Origin: a virus
Reading direction: 5' to 3' (one strand)
IMG/VR virus record: IMGVR_UViG_3300035670_000028
Span: 32,001-96,000 of that record
Length of the DNA stretch: 64,000 nt
In this document: piece after piece, positions 20,861 through 30,218 of the stretch
Layout of the letters: the number at the start of each line of letters is the position of its first letter
Position numbering within the stretch: position 1 is the first letter of the stretch
Notes under the pieces: model-generated
The model's input: the letters and a program-made list of their open reading frames with translations, nothing else
The model's database searches: none
Told to the model about the DNA's origin: nothing
Position numbers and translations under genes: made by a program

Positions 20861-21490
20861 ATGATTAAGAACCTCATAGTAGATGGAGAGGGCTCCGGGA
20901 GGATCGCCGCTGTAACCCCCCAGAATGCCCTCAAGGTCCTGCCCCTGCCCACCACATCCCGCGGATTCACGGCGCGCGAGCTCGCCAGCCTGCGCATATA
21001 CCGAGAGTTCCTCAGCAACACAGCCGGCTCCACCGAGATGGCAGTGGATGGCTCGGTCACGAACGTGGAGTTCAGAATTGTTGCTGCCAGCACCCAAACG
21101 AAGTGGATCAAGCAGCTCAGGTTCACCCTCGAGGATGCGAACATGGAGCTCACCACATCAGATTTCCGTAGGTTCGGAGCAGCAACTGCAACGAACACGC
21201 CCCTCACCAATGGGATCCAGATCGAGGCAGTGCAGGGAGGAATACTCACCAATATTGCTGCCGAGCCGATCACCGTTCTCGGAGACTTCCTCAACTACGC
21301 GGATGCCTACCTCAACTTCTCGAACGCGATCTCCACGAACGAGGATTTCGTGCTCTTCGACTTCGACTTCATGACTCCAGTTGTGCTCGTGCCAGGAAGC
21401 AACGATTACATAGCAGTTCGCATAAGGGACAACCTCACCGCAGTGAACACGTTCAGGTGCCTCGGAAGGGGGATCGCGGAGATTCTATGA
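20861..21490 (+). CDS. Virion protein with IxDGxGxG N-terminal module
   Basis: LIVDGEGSGRIAAV..NAL. Confidence 0.5.
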   Translation: MIKNLIVDGEGSGRIAAVTPQNALKVLPLPTTSRGFTARELASLRIYREFLSNTAGSTEMAVDGSVTNVEFRIVAASTQTKWIKQLRFTLEDANMELTTSDFRRFGAATATNTPLTNGIQIEAVQGGILTNIAAEPITVLGDFLNYADAYLNFSNAISTNEDFVLFDFDFMTPVVLVPGSNDYIAVRIRDNLTAVNTFRCLGRGIAEIL

Positions 21491-21930
21491 TAACAGGAAC
21501 GATCGTAAGCGGCCCCAGGGCAGCAGATGGCTCACAGGTGGTCACCACCACACCCTACGCGTACTCCAACGAGAGGACGAAGTTCTCCGGGCACTTCTAC
21601 ACCTGCCCACCTGGAACATCACAGCACTCAACAGCCACACCGGGAGTGATCCGGCTCCAGGGAGGAACCTACTGGGCCCGGGGCGCCACAGCGGGAGACA
21701 GGGTTACATTCGAGGTGGTGGATGCCGACAATGTCCTGGGCGGAGGGGCGGGAGCTGTTGTCAGCCAGTACGTGAGCGAGCTTCCTGTTGCCCCCTGGGA
21801 CCACCACATCGAGGTGTCATCGCCGAACGCCGGCACGGTTCCCGCTGGCCTCTACCTGCGGATCACGTACGTGAACACCGGCGCGAGTGACGTCCAGTTC
21901 GGTGTGACTTATCGCTGGTATCAGCAGTGA
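21487..21930 (+). CDS. Probable virion protein
   Basis: ATGA coupling; beta-rich. Confidence 0.45.
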   Translation: MITGTIVSGPRAADGSQVVTTTPYAYSNERTKFSGHFYTCPPGTSQHSTATPGVIRLQGGTYWARGATAGDRVTFEVVDADNVLGGGAGAVVSQYVSELPVAPWDHHIEVSSPNAGTVPAGLYLRITYVNTGASDVQFGVTYRWYQQ

Positions 21931-21972
21931 GGCCTGCTTGAACATTCACTGCCCCGCGTCTATACATGGGGC

Positions 21973-22434
21973 ATGGACCAACCCAGCAGTTGGACTCCGC
22001 CTCGCTCACCGCACGGCCTCCTCCAGGAGGACCTGTGGCCCAATGAGTGGCGGATCCTCGTTGCATGCCTCATGCTCAACCTCACCACCCGCAAGCAGGT
22101 CGACGGTGTGATCCACGAGTTCTTTCGGCGGTGGCCCGATCCGGGATCCCTGGCGGCCGCAGATTTGAACGAGCTCGAGGGGCTGATCAAACCCCTAGGG
22201 ATGTGGCGAAAGCGGTCACAGACGCTGCTCAGATTCAACCGGGAGTATATGGCAGGAGGCTGGTCGACCGCCCGGGACCTCCACGGCTGCGGAAAGTACG
22301 CCGATGACTGCTGGCGGATATTCTGCCGCGGTGACTGGCGCGCCGTGCAGCCCCAGGACCACATGCTCAACAAGTACCACGATCACCTCGCCAGGACCCT
22401 TGGCGAGACCAATAACAACGCAACAATGGAGTAG
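21973..22434 (+). CDS. MBD4-like HhH-GPD mismatch DNA glycosylase
   Basis: LLQEDLWPNEWRILVACLMLN, PLGM, LHGCGKYADDCWRIF, PQDHMLNKYHD match the MBD4 glycosylase domain. Confidence 0.85.
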   Translation: MDQPSSWTPPRSPHGLLQEDLWPNEWRILVACLMLNLTTRKQVDGVIHEFFRRWPDPGSLAAADLNELEGLIKPLGMWRKRSQTLLRFNREYMAGGWSTARDLHGCGKYADDCWRIFCRGDWRAVQPQDHMLNKYHDHLARTLGETNNNATME

Positions 22435-22438
22435 ACGA

Positions 22439-22909
22439 ATGATTGCATTTCTCAAGTGGCTCAACAAGTACGAGATGCCTGTTCACTTTCTTGTGATGAT
22501 CTCTGTTTTCTATGGCATCTCTCTAGGCATCACAGCTGCAACAGCTCCCTCAGCCGTGGAGGCGCTCGTTGTCTCCTTCACTGCAGGAATGCTGCTTGTC
22601 GTGATCGGCGCTCTGTCGTTTAAGGTCGCGACCCTTTTCACCGACGCGATCAAGAATGCCGTCGCCCGAGCCACGCTGGAGCAGATGAGGGAGAGCCTTC
22701 CTCCGGCGGAGCTGCTCACAAAGGAGAAGATTGTGGACTACACAAGCAGCAATGTGATGATTGTCAAGAACGTGCCCGACGAGCTGAAGGAGGCTGTGGC
22801 AAACCTCAACGCGGCAGCCTCTGCTGATGCAACCGAGGTCGCACCGATCCCGCCCGTTGAGAAGAAGAAGCGCGCGCCCCGTTCCAAGTCCATCAAGAAG
22901 GAGGGCTGA
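22439..22909 (+). CDS. Two-TM membrane protein
   Basis: Two hydrophobic helices, basic tail. Confidence 0.55.
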   Translation: MIAFLKWLNKYEMPVHFLVMISVFYGISLGITAATAPSAVEALVVSFTAGMLLVVIGALSFKVATLFTDAIKNAVARATLEQMRESLPPAELLTKEKIVDYTSSNVMIVKNVPDELKEAVANLNAAASADATEVAPIPPVEKKKRAPRSKSIKKEG

Positions 22910-22910
22910 G

Positions 22911-23717
22911 GTGCCCGAAGGCAGCGAAGTCAAGCTGTTCGGAGAGTCCCTCGCGAAGGTTGTGTCTGGAAAGGACATTACTTCTGTTGATGTGATCTCC
23001 GGGCGGTACGCGAAGAGCGATGTTGAGGGTCTGGACCTGCTTAAGGCTCGACTTCCGACGAAGGTGGTGGGAATTGGAGTGCACGGCAAGTTCCTGTACT
23101 GGATTGTCACCAACGACGTCTTCATCTACAACACGCTGGGCATGACTGGCAGCTGGTCGACCCAGGAGACGAAGCACTCGCGCGTGGTGTTCCAGCTGAG
23201 TGACGGCGTGAGCGTCTACTTCAACGATCAGAGGAACTTTGGCACGCTCAAGATGGTTCCAGGACGAGACGAGCTCGTGAAGAAGCTGAAGTCGCTGGGC
23301 CCTGATATGCTCTCTGAGGCCGTTTCGGACGCGAGGTTCACAGAGAGCCTCATGAAGCGCCCAGAGTGGACGCTGGCAGAGGCAGTGATGGACCAGAGCC
23401 TGATCTCCGGCGTGGGCAACTACGTCAAGGCGGAGTCCCTCTACAGAGCACAGCTCTCTCCGCACAGGCAGGTGCAGTCGCTCTCGCCCACTGACATGTC
23501 CCGACTGCGCCAGAGCATTCAGCTCGTCCTCAACGAGGCGTACAGGAGGGGAGGTGCCTCGATTCAGACCTACCGTGACTTCGAGGGCAATGAGGGCGAA
23601 TACACCCAGAGGTTCCTCGTCTATAATAGGGACCAAGATCCAAACGGCAATAGTGTCGTGCGTGAGAAGACAGCAGACGGCAGGACCACGCACTGGGTTC
23701 CTGCAGTTCAAAAGTGA
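22911..23717 (+). CDS. Fpg/Nei DNA glycosylase (zincless finger)
   Basis: N-terminal PEG.E, HGKF, LGMTG, DQRNFG, LGPD, GVGNY..ESL, GRTTHW; no Cys finger. Confidence 0.9.
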   Translation: MPEGSEVKLFGESLAKVVSGKDITSVDVISGRYAKSDVEGLDLLKARLPTKVVGIGVHGKFLYWIVTNDVFIYNTLGMTGSWSTQETKHSRVVFQLSDGVSVYFNDQRNFGTLKMVPGRDELVKKLKSLGPDMLSEAVSDARFTESLMKRPEWTLAEAVMDQSLISGVGNYVKAESLYRAQLSPHRQVQSLSPTDMSRLRQSIQLVLNEAYRRGGASIQTYRDFEGNEGEYTQRFLVYNRDQDPNGNSVVREKTADGRTTHWVPAVQK

Positions 23718-23723
23718 GGCAAT

Positions 23724-23987
23724 ATGGAAAACGAGACCACATACACATTCTCCCCCGAGCTGCTCGCCACTGTGGCACAGCTCCTTCAGCTGGCGATCCT
23801 CACAGGCACTGACCTGTATGATCACCTCCAGACCCTACAGATGGTTGTCCAGGACGGAAAGCTGCACGTGAGCGCGGAGTTCAAGCAGAAGCTGGCCGAA
23901 GAGATCACTCGTCTCACGTCCCAGGCTGAGTCCTTGGCAACGCAGCAGCTCTCCTTTGGCTTCAAGCTCGACCAGAGCGGCAACTGA
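23724..23987 (+). CDS. Hypothetical protein
   Basis: ORF with RBS. Confidence 0.55.
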   Translation: MENETTYTFSPELLATVAQLLQLAILTGTDLYDHLQTLQMVVQDGKLHVSAEFKQKLAEEITRLTSQAESLATQQLSFGFKLDQSGN

Positions 23988-23995
23988 GGCGACAA

Positions 23996-24376
23996 ATGGA
24001 GTCGGATGATAAGCTTCGACACATGTTTGAGCTGCGTGAGCAGTTCATGCGTGCACTAAAGTCTCAGAAGTCGAGCATCTACCCAAAGTGGCCTGTCGAC
24101 CTCGCCGACAAGAAGTCACAGCAGGCCATTCGGGACACCGCGCTGAAGGGCGTCGAGGAGGTGTTCGAGGCGATGCAGCACTGCAAGAACTGGAAGCCCC
24201 ACCGGGTGACCGAGGATCGATCATTCGATCGTGAGAAGTTCCTCGAGGAGATGGTGGACGCCTTCAACTACTTCTTCTCCGTGCTCGTTCTCACTGGAGT
24301 GACCGCAGATGAGCTCCACGAGGCCTACGTCGAGAAGGATAGGATCATCCACGAGCGCCTGAAGTCGGGGTACTGA
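23996..24376 (+). CDS. All-alpha NTP pyrophosphatase (dimeric dUTPase/dCTPase/MazG-like)
   Basis: EEVFEA..NWKPH, EEMVDAFNYF. Confidence 0.75.
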   Translation: MESDDKLRHMFELREQFMRALKSQKSSIYPKWPVDLADKKSQQAIRDTALKGVEEVFEAMQHCKNWKPHRVTEDRSFDREKFLEEMVDAFNYFFSVLVLTGVTADELHEAYVEKDRIIHERLKSGY

Positions 24377-25329
24377 TGTCGTTCGAGACAATCTCAGGTG
24401 CCCTCACGCGCCAGAGGGCCTACTCTGACAAATTCTTCGAGCCCGGAGGCCTCTCTGTCAAGGAGAAGGAGGAGATCACAAAGACCTTCGCCCTCTCCTT
24501 GCACACCGAGGTCTCCGAGATCGCATCCGCGGTCAATTTTAAGGACCACCGGCGCGTCCAGGAGCCTGTCGACCACAATAAACTGCTGTACAAGTCTGTG
24601 GACGCCTTCAGGTACGTGCTCGCCCTGCTCAACCTGTGGGAAATTGACTCCCAGACCTTCATTCAGGCCTGCGAGGACAAGGACCTGTACCTCAACCGAC
24701 GCCACCTTGAGTCGGAGAGGACCCGCGGCGACCGTCCTGTTGTCATTTTTGACGCCGACGACGTGATCGCTGAGTTCCGGGCAGCATTTTTCGAGTGGCT
24801 GGACCAAAAGTGGGGCATTAAGGCTGACATTAACGACAAGCAGTACTACAGCGCAGCTGAGATGCAGAAGGGCGGAGTCGACTCTGAGACCGCGTTCAGC
24901 ACTTTCATCGCAGACGGGGGCTTTAGGACGCTCGGAGTCAATGGCCACGCCTTCGAGGCGATGCGAATGTGTCAGGAGGCGGGATTTTGGGTCCAGATTC
25001 TCACCGCGAGGCCCTCTGGGAACCTGAAGTGCTTCTACGACACTCACCGATGGCTCCACGAGGCCAAAATTCCCTACGACAGCGTCGCTTTCTCACCAGA
25101 GAAGTACTTGTGGCTCGTCGGACAGGACTTTTACTCAAAAAAGCAGCTCGTCTGCGTCGTGGATGACTCCTCCAAGCACGCGTCTGAGTTCGCCAAGCAC
25201 GGAGTGCCCGTAATTGTGCCCGTTAAGTCCTACAATGAGGACACGCAGGGCATTAAGGGCATCACTCGAGTGGACTTCTCACACGTCGGTGGCCGCGGGC
25301 TGTTCGACCTGATCAGAAGTCACGCCTGA
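24376..25329 (+). CDS. Degenerate NTP-pyrophosphatase domain fused to HAD 5'-nucleotidase-like domain
   Basis: TEVSE..NFKDH..SVDAFRY; FDADDVI, ILTARP, VVDDS. Confidence 0.7.
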   Translation: MSFETISGALTRQRAYSDKFFEPGGLSVKEKEEITKTFALSLHTEVSEIASAVNFKDHRRVQEPVDHNKLLYKSVDAFRYVLALLNLWEIDSQTFIQACEDKDLYLNRRHLESERTRGDRPVVIFDADDVIAEFRAAFFEWLDQKWGIKADINDKQYYSAAEMQKGGVDSETAFSTFIADGGFRTLGVNGHAFEAMRMCQEAGFWVQILTARPSGNLKCFYDTHRWLHEAKIPYDSVAFSPEKYLWLVGQDFYSKKQLVCVVDDSSKHASEFAKHGVPVIVPVKSYNEDTQGIKGITRVDFSHVGGRGLFDLIRSHA

Positions 25330-25400
25330 GTCCCGTTTCACTGTACATTGTCGCCTAGATTGTTAGATTTGACTGCCTCTCACGAAGGAAGGAATGTAGA

Positions 25401-26381
25401 ATGCCGCTGAATAAGGATTTGGAGCCCATTGAGCTTCCGATGGAGCTCAAGTTTGGTAGACCTGTCAAGACTGAGTACCTCAATGCCCTCGACGCGCTCA
25501 AGGTCGAGCTCGTGGACCACCCCACACGTCAACAGGCGTGGAATGTCGCGTGGCACTACGTCAAGGCGACGTGGGCCGATCGCCCGGACATCGATCCGTC
25601 TCGTGCGACAGAGCACGAGCTCTCCAAGAACCTCGAGGACGTGTTCGGCGGCAGGACCCTGCCCGCTCCGATGGAGTGCCTAGGCTTCACGTTCCGCCTC
25701 AGTGGCCTCTCCTTCCAGGATGTGACCCACATCATTCGCCACCGAGCTGGAACGTTCGCCGCGCAGTGCACAGGTGATCGCGACCTCCGCGACGATGCAG
25801 CAGTCATTCCTGAGCCCGTCCAGAACTCCCCCGAGTTCCTCGAGCGCTGGAAGCAGATCGTGGACGACGCGAAGGAGCTCTACGCCGACATGACCGACTC
25901 CAAGGTCGTCTCGATGATGGACGCTCGCCTCATCCTGCCGAAGTGCATGACCTCGTTCTACTACATGCGCCTGCCCCTCAAGGACCTCGTCGGGTTCATC
26001 TATCAGCGTAAAGATGTTGCAATCCAAACCGCCAGTGACAATATTCTTGCCGTTAAAATGGCTGTTGAAGTTGCAAAGGTCATTCCTGAGTTCACTTCTA
26101 TGATTGATTTTGATAAGCCTGACATGCATTTTGTAAAGACATTTAGAGTCAAGGACGGTGATAAGTGGGTTTCTAGAGGAACAAACTTGTATTGGCCTGC
26201 ACAGAAGAACGATATTTTCGAATATCACCCGAATGACACGATTTATCAGTCGACCAGAGAAGATCTCAATGGCACTGATGGTGTGGGTCCACAGAAGAAG
26301 TTCACAGAGCATTGGAACGCAGGCCTCGCTGAGTTCAATCAGATCAAGTCTGATTATAATGCCTGGCGTTCTCAAAAGTGA
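25401..26381 (+). CDS. Divergent ThyX-like flavin-dependent thymidylate synthase
   Basis: FTFRLSG, HIIRHRAGTFAAQCTGDR, DARLILP. Confidence 0.75.
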   Translation: MPLNKDLEPIELPMELKFGRPVKTEYLNALDALKVELVDHPTRQQAWNVAWHYVKATWADRPDIDPSRATEHELSKNLEDVFGGRTLPAPMECLGFTFRLSGLSFQDVTHIIRHRAGTFAAQCTGDRDLRDDAAVIPEPVQNSPEFLERWKQIVDDAKELYADMTDSKVVSMMDARLILPKCMTSFYYMRLPLKDLVGFIYQRKDVAIQTASDNILAVKMAVEVAKVIPEFTSMIDFDKPDMHFVKTFRVKDGDKWVSRGTNLYWPAQKNDIFEYHPNDTIYQSTREDLNGTDGVGPQKKFTEHWNAGLAEFNQIKSDYNAWRSQK

Positions 26382-26417
26382 TTAGTACTTTCTAGTACTA
26401 GAAGCATAGTTATCCTC

Positions 26418-26600
26418 ATGAAGCAAGAAAAGATCTCAATTGATATGGACACACATCGTCTTCTCAAAGTCTACTGTGCTGAGAGAGATTTAAAGATGGG
26501 TGCCTTTGTCGCGAGACTGATTCGAGAGAGGATTAGCGATGAACGAGAAAATTTGCGCCCAGTGCAAGACAAGATTTTTGCCAAAGAATCGATTAAGTAA
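26418..26600 (+). CDS. Ribbon-helix-helix DNA-binding protein
   Basis: KISIDMDTHRLLKVYCAERDLKMGAFVARLI. Confidence 0.65.
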   Translation: MKQEKISIDMDTHRLLKVYCAERDLKMGAFVARLIRERISDERENLRPVQDKIFAKESIK

Positions 26601-27435
26601 TAAGTCTGGTTTCTTCTTCTGTTCAAAAGAGTGCATTTATCTTGCACAAAAGAAGAACGGTGTCACGTATGAGCTTCGTCGAAAGAGATCGTTAGAAAAG
26701 TACGGTAAAGACTTTCCAATCTCTTGTGATGAGATCAAAGAAAAGCGCAAGAAGAATAATATTGAAAAGTATGGTGTTGCTAATACGTTTGAGCTTGATG
26801 CTGTTAAAGAGAAGACAAAGAAGACCACACGTGAGCGATATGGTGTCGATGTCTACTCACAAACCATAGAATTCAAGTCTAAAATTGAGGAAACAAATCT
26901 AAAGAGATTTGGGTACAAGTCTCCAATAGAAAATCCTGATATTCTCGCACAGCGCCGTCAAACAATGACAGACCGATATGGTGGACCATCAACTTTAGAG
27001 TCGCCTATTCTACGTGAAAAAATGGAAGCGACTTGTCGTGATTTGTTTGGAACATCGAATATAGTCATGTCACCGCAGTTTATTTCATCATCTATGGATA
27101 AGAAATTGCTAAAGACACACGGCAAGACATGGCAGCAGTACATAGATGATCTACCAGCTCTTCAGGATTATCGTCGTAAAGTTGAACACATTACACGGCA
27201 GCAAGCAGTTGAAACTTTGCCCTACTATGATAAATGGGGTGAATATCATCTTGATCACAAATTTTCTATTGCTGAAGGATTTAGGCAAGGGTTATCACCA
27301 GAAATCATTGGAAATATTGCAAATTTGGAATTTATTCCTGCCCACGAAAATATGAGTAAGCAGGATGATTGTTCAATTGACAAGCATAGTCTACTATTAG
27401 AAATTGAGAGGATGAAAGGTCATAACAATGAGTGA
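26539..27435 (+). mobile_element. Free-standing HNH homing endonuclease
   Basis: CxxC Zn finger, repeated (K/R)YG units, YHLDHKF..NL..HENMSK; AT-rich. Confidence 0.75.
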
Positions 27436-27901
27436 AAATAAGTTTGGACGTACTTTGAAGATGTATCTTGCCGCAGGCTGGTTCAATCCCGTTCAGGATG
27501 CTGAACTCACTAGACTTGAACAGATCATGGAGGCACGTAAGGACTGGATTGAGATGGCGTCTCCTCGTCGTATCTTCATCTGTCCGCCAAATGCTTCGCG
27601 CGAGGTTCAAGATGCGACATATCAGGGCAATCTGAAGCACATTCGAGAAGCAGATTTTCTTGTAGTCAATACGCGCGACAAGGATCTAGGGACTATTATG
27701 GAGTGTGGATATGCCACTGCTTTCGACAAGCACATCATCTACTTCTGTGCTGGACTTCCTGCCGGCGCAAAGTTCAACCTGATGTTGAGCAGGTCAGGTG
27801 CGCGTGTGTGCACGACCTTCGAGCAGCTTGAGGACTACCTGGATCGCTGCAAGGCGGCAGGCGAGATGCTGTACGAGCCCTACGACAAGGAAATTGAGTG
27901 A
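27428..27901 (+). CDS. Nucleoside 2-deoxyribosyltransferase / (d)NMP N-glycosidase family
   Basis: MYLAAGWF, ADFLVV, DLGTIMECGYA, NLML. Confidence 0.8.
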   Translation: MSENKFGRTLKMYLAAGWFNPVQDAELTRLEQIMEARKDWIEMASPRRIFICPPNASREVQDATYQGNLKHIREADFLVVNTRDKDLGTIMECGYATAFDKHIIYFCAGLPAGAKFNLMLSRSGARVCTTFEQLEDYLDRCKAAGEMLYEPYDKEIE

Positions 27902-28062
27902 GAAGGCTCCTGCTCGAGGATGTCCTCCTGATTGCTGCTCTCCAATCCTCTAGACCGAGTGACTGGCGGCACGCACTTCAGGAGGTGCCTCGGGAGGATG
28001 CCCTTTTGATTGCCAGGAAGAATGTCCTGGACTGGGTACCAAGCAAGGAGGAGGCGTCGTGA
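27898..28062 (+). CDS. Small hypothetical protein (54 aa)
   Basis: GTGA overlaps at both ends. Confidence 0.45.
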   Translation: MRRLLLEDVLLIAALQSSRPSDWRHALQEVPREDALLIARKNVLDWVPSKEEAS

Positions 28063-29036
28063 GAGTTCTAGTGACAGGCCACGCGGGTTTCATCGCCCGA
28101 AATCTGGTTGGAGCGTTCGGTCGACTGGGCCACACTGTGGTCGACGTCGCCTCCCGGACACTTGTTCGAAATAACAAGGGTGAGCCCTGCGTCCACAGGA
28201 ACAGCGAGTTCGCCTGGTGGTCGTACCTCGTCGACGAGCGGATCGACCTGGTGGTGCACAACGCTGCTGTGGTTGGCACCGATGTCGTTGCGCTCAGTCC
28301 TGAGGAGTCCACGCTGAGCAACGTGATGGGCACACACACTATTTGCCGTGCAGCGCGCAAGGCAAAGATCCCAGTGTGCTACATGGGCACGTCAGTCATC
28401 TACAACACGCCCAAGTATCAGCGTGAGCCGATCACCGAGCGCAGCGAGCAGCTTCCGGGCACCTTCTATGGCGCGCAGAAGCTCGCGTCGGAGCACATCG
28501 TCATGTCGACTGTTCCCGAGTGGCTCATCATGCGGCCGCTCTTCGCCTACGGTGGTGTCGGTGACATGAACTCCCTCGTCGCAAAGGGATTCTACGCCCT
28601 GCACAACGACCGAACAGGTGTGGACATGTTCCTCGATCCCCGCAAGAGCAAGGACTACATGCATGTGGAGGACTTCTGCGACGCCGTCGCTCTCGCCTGC
28701 GACAGGGGCCTGTGGTGCCAGGACTTCAACGTGTCCGCAGAGGAGCCGCTGGAGACAGGTCACATCGTGGACCTCATGTCGGAGGTCGCCGGCGATGACA
28801 TCGGACGGAGGCTCGTGTGGCGCCCGGAGACAGACTACCTCGGAAATCACCTCCTGTCATCCCAGAAGTTCCGAGATGCGACCGGGTGGAAACCTAGGTT
28901 GCCGTTCAGGGAGGGTCTCCGTCAGTCTTGGAGAAGCATCTGCAGTGGCTCTGGGGGCTATGATCCCCTCCAGCACCTGGACTCCGCCCGTGCTCGTGGT
29001 ACCGATCTCGTGGACTACTTCCCAAAGGCGAAGTGA
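28059..29036 (+). CDS. NAD-dependent epimerase/dehydratase (extended SDR)
   Basis: VTGHAGFIA, HNAA, TSVIY, YGAQK, DYMHVED. Confidence 0.9.
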   Translation: MRVLVTGHAGFIARNLVGAFGRLGHTVVDVASRTLVRNNKGEPCVHRNSEFAWWSYLVDERIDLVVHNAAVVGTDVVALSPEESTLSNVMGTHTICRAARKAKIPVCYMGTSVIYNTPKYQREPITERSEQLPGTFYGAQKLASEHIVMSTVPEWLIMRPLFAYGGVGDMNSLVAKGFYALHNDRTGVDMFLDPRKSKDYMHVEDFCDAVALACDRGLWCQDFNVSAEEPLETGHIVDLMSEVAGDDIGRRLVWRPETDYLGNHLLSSQKFRDATGWKPRLPFREGLRQSWRSICSGSGGYDPLQHLDSARARGTDLVDYFPKAK

Positions 29037-29140
29037 GTTTTTTTTATGCCCAGCACGCTCTTTTGAACGAAAGCTAATACTTATAAGCATCTCCAGCGCG
29101 AGAAGTCAAACTAAACCGCTAATTTTGTAAGGAGCAAGCT

Positions 29141-29503
29141 ATGAGGATCACAGAGGGACAGCTTCGTAGGATTATTCGACAGGAAGTGAAACGGCTTCAC
29201 GAAATGCCAGCTCGCCGCGGCGGTTCAACGTTGCGCGGCTTTAACAAAGTTTTTCTTGACGGCGACCCAGAATTTGCTGATTTTACAATGTCAGTTGCAA
29301 AAATGCTTGGTAAGCCTGTAACAGCGGTCAAGATGGTTTCTACTGAGGACGACAGCGACTATTATGATATGTACATTGAACAAATACAGGGTGAAACGCC
29401 TATAAGCGTGCCAGGATTTCCGGGTCAAGCTTCACAAGGGACACTTCAAGGAATGCCTGTAGTATTAACAAATGACATGGGTGCTGGCTTCATTTTCATG
29501 TGA
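29141..29503 (+). CDS. Tagged late protein
   Basis: MRITEGQLRRIIRQEV..LHE; ATACTTA at 29077. Confidence 0.65.
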   Translation: MRITEGQLRRIIRQEVKRLHEMPARRGGSTLRGFNKVFLDGDPEFADFTMSVAKMLGKPVTAVKMVSTEDDSDYYDMYIEQIQGETPISVPGFPGQASQGTLQGMPVVLTNDMGAGFIFM

Positions 29504-29532
29504 TTCTCTAGTCTCCACAAGTAAAATTGCAG

Positions 29533-29561
29533 TGTAAATCTGACCGCACGCAGCCTATAAT
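29533..29561 (+). promoter_or_regulatory. Sigma70-like promoter TGTAAA-N17-TATAAT (representative copy)
   Basis: Related copies at 2663, 25342, 31330, 31925, 33989, 37177, 43675, 47724, 63423, 63852. Confidence 0.75.
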
Positions 29562-29567
29562 GGTTGT

Positions 29568-29870
29568 ATGCGGTCAGACTGTTTAACAGACTTACCGAAG
29601 ACAGGTGACCTCGTTCGCGGCACTCGAGAGTTTGGGTCCTGCATCGAGGCCCAATTGTGGAACGAGAACTTTGTGATGTCGTACCCAGACGAGCCTTGGG
29701 ACACTGCGACTATTGCAGTGTATATTGAGCCGGTCTCCCGAGAGGAGCTTGGTGAGATTAGTCCAAGGGTTCCTCACAGTGGCCTTGGTCCGTTCCACCG
29801 GATCTTCTACAAGAATCGGGTGTGGCTTGTGTACGGCGATGATTCACTGGAAGCTGTGAAAGGAGAGTGA
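29568..29870 (+). CDS. KOW/SH3-like microprotein
   Basis: PKTGDLVR. Confidence 0.55.
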   Translation: MRSDCLTDLPKTGDLVRGTREFGSCIEAQLWNENFVMSYPDEPWDTATIAVYIEPVSREELGEISPRVPHSGLGPFHRIFYKNRVWLVYGDDSLEAVKGE

Positions 29871-30217
29871 GCGAGATGAGCGAGATTGAGAGTGCTGAGG
29901 CACCGGTGGAGAAGAGAATTACACAGGCCCTGATCGATAATGCCTTCAGCTGCCTCGATGGCCACGGGCGGCTAACCTATGCTAGGGATGAGTGCTGCAC
30001 GATCCAGCAGGTTCTGCGGGAGGCCCACGGTGTGCACCTCTCCCTGAACGAGTGCCGGCGCTTCTGGGAGTGGAGATCGGGGCTGTGGGATGCTTCCTTC
30101 CTCACGCTGGGAGGGGCGGATGAACCGGGCACCCGGAAGGAGATCCTCGAGTTCTTCACCGAGTGGCTGGATGAGCTGGATATCTGGGAGTGGAACACTG
30201 CGGAAGAGGAGGATTGA
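29867..30217 (+). CDS. Hypothetical protein
   Basis: GTGA coupling. Confidence 0.5.
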   Translation: MSEMSEIESAEAPVEKRITQALIDNAFSCLDGHGRLTYARDECCTIQQVLREAHGVHLSLNECRRFWEWRSGLWDASFLTLGGADEPGTRKEILEFFTEWLDELDIWEWNTAEEED

Positions 30218-30218
30218 G

